Positions 57,933 through 64,000 of a stretch of 64,000 nucleotides of DNA are shown in pieces (the first letter of the stretch is position 1; every line of letters begins with the position of its first letter). The position numbers and the translations under genes were made by a program. The stretch lies in the sequence record SRR2962707_575; one strand, written 5' to 3'. Under the pieces are notes generated by a model that saw only the letters and a program-made list of their open reading frames with translations, was not told where the DNA came from and did no database searches.

Positions 57933-59123
57933 TTAACCAGGCCACGCAAAATTATCTGCTCGCCCCTCATGGCTAGGGGCTGGCAAACCATCTTCAACCA
58001 AGCGCTGACGAAAAGACTTTGCTTGCAGTGGATTAGATACGCGCGCGGCCAGATCCGCGGCATCACCAAGCAACTCAGAACCGCCGTCTAAATCTGGATC
58101 ATCAAACGAAATTGGGTTCATGCGCACCAGATCAGCTTCTGATTCAAGCGGCGGAAGAGAAAGCAAAGGCGCATTGCCATCACCCAAAGAGATCAATGAT
58201 GGCGAAGCCGCATCCCCTAAAATAGGCCGCAACTGGCGTTCTACATAAAACGCCAATTTACGCTTACCTGCGCCGGTGAAATTAATCCCATCACTTGCAC
58301 GAAGCCGCGCATCTTGGCCCTTAATGTCTGAACCTGAATAAATGAAATTGCCCTCTTCATCAACAAAACCATTCCAGATATCGACGAATGCACCGCCAGC
58401 CTGCGTCACTTCGCGCTTATAAACTTCATTAAAGGCGACGATATCAGCCGACATTGTCGTGAACTTGTAGGGAGGGCTGCCCATCCACATCATCGGGATG
58501 TTTTTGTCCCTAATAGCCTTTACGAGCGCCACAACGCGTTTCACATATTCTGCCTGCCAAGCATCGCTACGCACATTTTCCGTGCTGCCATTCACCCGCA
58601 TAATCTGCCGGTCATTGGAACCAAGCGCGATCACAACAATTGCCGGATTTACTTCATCGATATATTCGACGATTTTTTCCGGCCAATTGAAAAAGTCGTC
58701 GCGCACGAGACCAGATGATCCGCTCGTGCGCTCATCAATTACAACATTGGCCGTATCCGCAAAGCCCTCTACCAAGCCATCGCTCAAGCCGCTTGCAACG
58801 AAGTCTCCGATAACCAACACGTGTCGCGCATCTTCAGATTTATCGACAGCTTCCGAATTATCGCTTGAAGAACCAGACGAAACAGCGGCGCTCGATGCAG
58901 AACGAGGCGCCTTTTTAACAACAGGTGTTTTGGCTGCCTTTTTCGGCGCTTCCTTCTTTTCACGCTTGCCAAATAGCAACTGAAACAGGTTTTTCTTTTT
59001 TTCTTGCGCGTGGGCTTGGATAATGCCCAATCTCTCACCTATCGGTGCTGGCAAATTTCCAGCGCCCATCAACAAGGATAGGGCGCAGAAAATTACAATC
59101 CAAACACGTAGGAACCGCTGCAA
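57933..59123 (-). CDS. DUF459 SGNH-fold exported protein
   Basis: VLVIGDF, SSGLVRDD, GSND, DGINFT..G. Confidence 0.82.
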   Translation of the reverse strand: MQRFLRVWIVIFCALSLLMGAGNLPAPIGERLGIIQAHAQEKKKNLFQLLFGKREKKEAPKKAAKTPVVKKAPRSASSAAVSSGSSSDNSEAVDKSEDARHVLVIGDFVASGLSDGLVEGFADTANVVIDERTSGSSGLVRDDFFNWPEKIVEYIDEVNPAIVVIALGSNDRQIMRVNGSTENVRSDAWQAEYVKRVVALVKAIRDKNIPMMWMGSPPYKFTTMSADIVAFNEVYKREVTQAGGAFVDIWNGFVDEEGNFIYSGSDIKGQDARLRASDGINFTGAGKRKLAFYVERQLRPILGDAASPSLISLGDGNAPLLSLPPLESEADLVRMNPISFDDPDLDGGSELLGDAADLAARVSNPLQAKSFRQRLVEDGLPAPSHEGRADNFAWPG

Positions 59124-59176
59124 AACTATAAATCCATATTTCAGTGTTTTGGGCTAAACCCAATAAAAGCACGCCG

Positions 59177-60391
59177 TTACTTACGACGTAGCGCTTTTAA
59201 CACTTCCATGGATGGATATCCATCCTGAGCAAGGCCGAATTGCGCTTGAAACGACTTAATCGCATTTCGCGTCATTGGACCTGGCTTGCCATCAACTTCG
59301 CCGTCGTAAAATCCGGCTCTCGACAATCGGGTTTGCAATTCCTCTGCCTCGGCAACTGAAATACGGGTGTAAGGTCGTTTCCAATCCTTATCAGGCTCGC
59401 CCCAGCCCGCTATTTGGTCGGCGAGTAGACCAACGCCAAGCGCATATTTATCCGCGTTGTTATAGCGTTTAATGACAAAGAAGTTCTTGACCATCAAGAA
59501 TGCTGGACCATCTCGTCCCTGCAAAACCTTCAACTCGGCTGCACGTGATGGATCAGGAAACTCCTTGCCATTGGGACGGCGCAAACCAATTCTTTCCCAC
59601 TGCGCTAAGCTCAGCTTACCGCCCGGAAATTTTCTACCCTCAGGCAAACTAACTTCATATCCCCACGTTTGGCCCGCCTGCCAACCATTTTTGCGCAGCA
59701 AATTAGCAGCGGTATAAAGCGCGTCAGGAATTGAGTTCCATATATCCCGCTTGCCATCGCCGTCGCCATCAAGGGCAAATGCAGCGTAGCTCGTTGGAAT
59801 AAACTGCGTGTGGCCCATTGCGCCAGCCCATGAACCCATAAGGGCGTTCAAAGAAACATCGCCGCGCTGCGCGATTTTAAGTGCGCTGATTAATTGACCA
59901 CGCGCAAATTTCGCGCGGCGCGGATCGGCATAAGCAAGTGTCGCCAAAGCGCGCGGCACATAGTGAAGCCGCTCCGGGTCTTTTAGCGCTTCGCCATAGC
60001 TCGATTCCATGGACCAAATGGCCAAAACAATATACCGGCTAACACCGGTGTTGCGCTCAATTTGGTCGAGTAGGCTTTTATATTTACGGGCCATTTCTTG
60101 CCCATTGGCAACGGTCCGCTCATTCACACGGCTATCAATATATTGCCAAGCTTCGTCCTTAAATTCCGGCTGGAAGCGCGCTTTTTCAAGCACCTCAGGG
60201 TCCGGCGTTTTTACGTTAGCAAAGGCAGCGTCATATATTTGCGATGAAACGCCATTATTGATCGCAGTGCCGCGAAAATCGCGAATCCATTTTTGAAAAC
60301 CCGCATCGGCATAAGACGATGAAACCGACAGCGATAATGCCAAAACCGCACCGGCAATAAGTGTCATCTTGGACTTCAATTGATCAGCCAT
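59177..60391 (-). CDS. Lytic murein transglycosylase (MltB-like) with PG-binding domain
   Basis: IWSMESSYG, GSWAGAMGHTQFIP, DGDGDG, RYN, DGKPGP.TR.AI; start ATG 60391 after GGAG. Confidence 0.93.
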   Translation of the reverse strand: MADQLKSKMTLIAGAVLALSLSVSSSYADAGFQKWIRDFRGTAINNGVSSQIYDAAFANVKTPDPEVLEKARFQPEFKDEAWQYIDSRVNERTVANGQEMARKYKSLLDQIERNTGVSRYIVLAIWSMESSYGEALKDPERLHYVPRALATLAYADPRRAKFARGQLISALKIAQRGDVSLNALMGSWAGAMGHTQFIPTSYAAFALDGDGDGKRDIWNSIPDALYTAANLLRKNGWQAGQTWGYEVSLPEGRKFPGGKLSLAQWERIGLRRPNGKEFPDPSRAAELKVLQGRDGPAFLMVKNFFVIKRYNNADKYALGVGLLADQIAGWGEPDKDWKRPYTRISVAEAEELQTRLSRAGFYDGEVDGKPGPMTRNAIKSFQAQFGLAQDGYPSMEVLKALRRK

Positions 60392-60471
60392 ATTTACAGC
60401 TCCCATTTTTAGCATTTCATTCGGTTTCAATAAGAATCTTGCGTCATTTCGGTGGCAAAAATTTGACGCGG

Positions 60472-61965
60472 CTAGCGTTGAACTTTCACACCGACAAATC
60501 CAGTTGTCGTATTACCGCGCTGCACTGGATCACTGCTGAAAATCTGCTCGCGGCTTAATCTTCCGGTCAACGCAACATAGCGGTTTAAATTATAGGTGAG
60601 GCCGAGCGTGCCAGTTAGCGTCGTTTGGCTTGGCTTCGTGCCTTCGTATTTTTCAAAATTAGCAGCCATATTGACCGATGCTGCCAAATTGGAACGCAAT
60701 TGGCGCGATACACCCAGATCAGTAGAATAGACCACAGAACCTGCGGATCCAGAACTACCGTTGGGCTGGAATGATGTGCTTGTATTAAGCGTGACATTTG
60801 TTCCGCGCAGCGGCGACCAGTCAAGTTGGGAGGCGACCGTGACCGCTGTGATAGCATCATAGGTATTGCTAGCGATTTTTTCGCGCGCAAGACCAACAGA
60901 GACTTCGCCGCCTAATTTCTCACCAAAATTAATCAAGCTACCAACACTGATCCCTTGGCGGTTTGCATTGCGATCAATGCCATAAGCATCAAGGCTTTCG
61001 TCCATCCGGCGAATGCCATAACTTAATTCAACAAATGGCGTAAACGCCGCCGAAACTTCGTAGCCACCGCGCAAGGCAAAGCTATAATCGGTGTTATTAA
61101 GATCAGACTGCGAAACAACTGTGCCATTGTTCAACTTCGCATCATTGTAGTCACGCCGTGCGATTGTCGTGCGCAATTCACCAAATGCGCGACCAAATTC
61201 TTGCCTGACCGCTGCATTGCCAGATATGAGGCGTGTGTTGGGCTTATTAGCAGAGAAAAGGCCGGGGTTTATGTCTGGGTCTGTCGCTTGCTGAAAATAA
61301 GATGATTCCGGCGATGCGGTGGATGATGAAAATTGACCACCAAGCGTTACTGATGTTGTGGAAGAAACATCGAGTTTTAACGTGCCGCTGGCATCATAAG
61401 TTGGGTCGTCTTTTTCGCCAGAAATCGCAACCGGCAGCGTGCCCTTGATTGAGCCATTAAACGAATGACGGCTCCAATCAGAGTTGATCAGTAATTCCAA
61501 ATTTGTCTGATAGGCTTGCTTAGTCGATGAGGCCGTGGTCAGCTCTAATGTGCCATCATCAATATAGCTATATTCAGATTTTGATGTTGTGTAGCCTGCC
61601 TCAATCGATGGGCGCAGAATTAATGTACCCAGACGGATGCCCGGTGCGGCATAAGGATTCTCATCCGTAATTTTATTGCGACCATCAATCGGCGCGATAC
61701 GCTCAGTCGCGCCAAGCGGAGCGCTGCGCGCATAAGGGTCTTTTATCTTAAGCTGTTGTTCGGCCTGCTTAGCCGCGCCTTCATTTGGCAATTGACCAGG
61801 ATCTAAAGCGTCGGAGGTATCGTTTGTTTCATCATCTGCAAAAATCACTAAGGCGTCTTCACCATCGCCCGTCAGCGTTTGAGCAACGCTCGGCGTCAGC
61901 ATGGTCGACGAAGTGATGGCAGCTACAAGCAAGCAGAAGCCGGTTCGGCGCATCTGCCAAGCCAT
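60472..61965 (-). CDS. Outer membrane beta-barrel protein (BBP2-like); start approximate
   Basis: Signal peptide, PYAAPGIRLG, SDWSRH, WSPLRGT, amphipathic C-terminal strand. Confidence 0.82.
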   Translation of the reverse strand: MAWQMRRTGFCLLVAAITSSTMLTPSVAQTLTGDGEDALVIFADDETNDTSDALDPGQLPNEGAAKQAEQQLKIKDPYARSAPLGATERIAPIDGRNKITDENPYAAPGIRLGTLILRPSIEAGYTTSKSEYSYIDDGTLELTTASSTKQAYQTNLELLINSDWSRHSFNGSIKGTLPVAISGEKDDPTYDASGTLKLDVSSTTSVTLGGQFSSSTASPESSYFQQATDPDINPGLFSANKPNTRLISGNAAVRQEFGRAFGELRTTIARRDYNDAKLNNGTVVSQSDLNNTDYSFALRGGYEVSAAFTPFVELSYGIRRMDESLDAYGIDRNANRQGISVGSLINFGEKLGGEVSVGLAREKIASNTYDAITAVTVASQLDWSPLRGTNVTLNTSTSFQPNGSSGSAGSVVYSTDLGVSRQLRSNLAASVNMAANFEKYEGTKPSQTTLTGTLGLTYNLNRYVALTGRLSREQIFSSDPVQRGNTTTGFVGVKVQR

Positions 61966-62018
61966 CCCATCAGAATAAAATTTATTCAGAGTTTTCACGC
62001 AATGCCGCCTTGTTTTAC

Positions 62019-62057
62019 TTAACCACAAGTAAACAAAAGCGGTTAACGAACCATTTA
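62019..62057. promoter_or_regulatory. Two CtrA-like boxes in the divergent barrel/kdsD promoter region
   Basis: TTAA-CCACAAG-TAAA (62019-62033) and TTAA-CGAACCA-TTTA (62043-62057). Confidence 0.5.
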
Positions 62058-62198
62058 TAATTTCAAGAAAAGCAGGAATTACGAGCGCACAAATCAACAT
62101 TTGATGATTAGCGAGGCATCGTTACGCATGGACAATTGCGAAGATGTGCAGTAGCCGAGAGCTAAATAACCCCGCTCATAAACCTGTGACGATGTAAT

Positions 62199-63179
62199 AT
62201 GACAAATACACCCCCAATGATTGGCCTCGATTCTGCCCTTCGCACGCTTAATTTTGAACGCAAAGGTCTGGCAGCTTTAGAAGCTGCGCTGCAAAATGGT
62301 ATGGGCGATGTGTTTGGACAAATCATCACCAAACTGCGCTCAATTCAGGGACGTGTTATCGTTTCGGGCGTTGGTAAAAGCGGCCATATAGCCTCAAAAA
62401 TTGCTGCTACTTTAGCCTCTACAGGAACGCCTGCCAGCTTTGTGCACGCGGCAGAAGCAAATCACGGCGACCTTGGCATGATAACGCAAAATGACGCGAT
62501 CATTGCGCTCTCATGGTCTGGCGAATCCAAAGAGCTTGGCGGGATTTTGAATTATTCGCGCCGCTTTGAAATTCCTCTGATCGCACTGACGGCCAACCCA
62601 CAATCGACACTTGGCCGCGAAGCCGACTTCGTTTTGGCCTTGCCCAATGCAGAAGAAGCATGTCCCCATGGCTTGGCCCCAACAACATCAACGATCATGC
62701 AATTGGCAATGGGCGATGCACTGGCTCTCGCGCTGCTTGAAGATCGCGGATTTACCGCGATTGATTTCGAAAAATTCCATCCAGGCGGAAAACTGGGCGC
62801 AAATCTGAAACGTGTTGGCGAAATTATGCACACCGGCGAAGAATTGCCGCTGGTGGATGCGGGCACCAATATGCGCGAAGCAATTATGCAGATTAGCCAA
62901 AAAGGTTTTGGCTGCGCGGGCATCCTTTCCAAAGACGGAACACTTGCTGGCATTATCACGGACGGCGATTTACGCCGTCATATCGATGGCGACCTATTGT
63001 CGATGAATGTGGATGATGTGATGACCATTGGGCCAAAGACAATCTCACCAGATCAATTGGTGAGTTCTGCTCTGACAATCGTCAATAATTCATCCATTAC
63101 AACTTTGATGGTGGTGGAAGCGGGCAAGCCGGTCGGCATCGTCCACTTACACGACCTGCTGCGTGTTGGCGTCGCTTAA
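62199..63179 (+). CDS. kdsD: KpsF/GutQ arabinose-5-phosphate isomerase
   Basis: GVGKSGHI, ASTGTP, HGDLG, APTTST, FHPGGKLG, CBS pair. Confidence 0.93.
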   Translation: MTNTPPMIGLDSALRTLNFERKGLAALEAALQNGMGDVFGQIITKLRSIQGRVIVSGVGKSGHIASKIAATLASTGTPASFVHAAEANHGDLGMITQNDAIIALSWSGESKELGGILNYSRRFEIPLIALTANPQSTLGREADFVLALPNAEEACPHGLAPTTSTIMQLAMGDALALALLEDRGFTAIDFEKFHPGGKLGANLKRVGEIMHTGEELPLVDAGTNMREAIMQISQKGFGCAGILSKDGTLAGIITDGDLRRHIDGDLLSMNVDDVMTIGPKTISPDQLVSSALTIVNNSSITTLMVVEAGKPVGIVHLHDLLRVGVA

Positions 63180-64000
63180 ACCCAACCTTCAAGTTCGCGG
63201 CGCACAACACTTTCAATCACTTCCATGCCCAAGACACTATCGTTAAGGCATGGAATATGAGTGTATTTATGCCCGCCAGCCTCTTCAAATATTTCCGCGC
63301 CCTCACCGGCAATCTCTTCAAGCGTTTCTAAGCAATCAGAAACAAAGCCGGGATTGATGGTCGCCACTTTCGTGATGCCTTGCTTAGGCAATTCAGCAAT
63401 CGTTTTATCAAAATACGGCTGCAGCCATTCTTCAGGCCCAAAACGCGACTGAAATGTCGTCATCAGCCTGCCCTTTTCCCAGCCAAGCCGCTCTTCAAGC
63501 AAGCGCGATGTTTTCATACATTGGCAATGATAGGGATCGCCCTTTTTAAAATAGCTCATCGGAATGCCGTGGTAAGACACGATCAAACGCTCAGGCGCCC
63601 AGTCAAGACCAGCCAAATGCTGCTCGATTGATTGGGCAATGGCATCAATGAAAACCGGCTCATCTTGGTAAGATGGAACAGTGCGCAGCGCAGGCATAAA
63701 CCGCATTTTGCTTAAAGCTTCAAAAACTTTGTCGTTTACGGTTGCTGTCGTAGCCGCCGCATAATGTGGGTAAAGCGGAAAAGCGACAATACGGTCACAA
63801 CCAGCATCGCGCAGCGCATTCATCCGCTCTTCAATTGATGGGGTGCCATAGCGCATCGCCCAATCAACAACCACACTCTCATGGTCTTTAAGCGCAATGG
63901 CTAATTTATCCGACTGCGAGCGCGTATAAGTGCGCAAATAGCTCTCATCGAGATCTTTGTTCCAAATTTCAGCATAGGCTTTGCCGACTTTTTTAGGGCG
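63176..64000 (-). CDS. hemH: Ferrochelatase, 3' part (start beyond the right edge)
   Basis: AMRYGTPS, PLYPHY, SYHGIP, FQSRFGPEEWLQP, DCLETLEE, IPCLN. Confidence 0.97.
   Translation of the reverse strand, partial: RPKKVGKAYAEIWNKDLDESYLRTYTRSQSDKLAIALKDHESVVVDWAMRYGTPSIEERMNALRDAGCDRIVAFPLYPHYAAATTATVNDKVFEALSKMRFMPALRTVPSYQDEPVFIDAIAQSIEQHLAGLDWAPERLIVSYHGIPMSYFKKGDPYHCQCMKTSRLLEERLGWEKGRLMTTFQSRFGPEEWLQPYFDKTIAELPKQGITKVATINPGFVSDCLETLEEIAGEGAEIFEEAGGHKYTHIPCLNDSVLGMEVIESVVRRELEGWV

Noticed and set aside
1-64000. Prophage, IS element, rRNA, tRNA or CRISPR array
   Set aside because: No integrase, transposase, phage structural gene or repeat-spacer pattern seen by eye; very short or degenerate remnants could have been missed

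Overview
Mostly core chromosome of an alphaproteobacterium of the Rhizobiales/Hyphomicrobiales type; gene order resembles Brucella/Mesorhizobium/Sinorhizobium (exact taxon not determinable here). Left to right: ftsH (5' part), tilS, cpoB-pal-tolBARQ-ybgC, a GH5 hydrolase, ruvBAC, yebC, ymdB, 5-FTHF cyclo-ligase, 6S RNA, zapA, tkt-gap-pgk-fba interrupted by accessory genes, taurine-pyruvate aminotransferase, an AT-rich O-acyltransferase, prpE, a CBS-GGDEF cyclase, a VOC/WYL pair, trcR, a secreted phosphatase-like protein with Pho boxes, rcdA, rpmE, an ABC exporter, a non-flagellar MotA/MotB-like pair, suhB, efp, purEK, rpmJ, pyk, DUF459 plus a lytic transglycosylase, an OM beta-barrel, kdsD and hemH (3' part). 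I saw no CRISPR array, tRNA, rRNA, transposase or integrase. Best candidates for something new: (1) an AT-rich two-gene cassette between pgk and fba encoding a membrane-anchored exported protein and a standalone HEPN-motif (RDYFAH) protein, possibly a minimal defence or toxin module; (2) a PatB-like SGNH protein that lacks its catalytic Ser and His, next to a lytic transglycosylase; (3) a stator-like MotAB pair outside any flagellar context; (4) a probable small RNA upstream of rcdA flanked by CtrA-like boxes. Several operator-like sites are readable by eye (CtrA, LexA, PhoB, PckR-like, WYL). All family calls come from motif recognition and recalled literature; no database searches were run.
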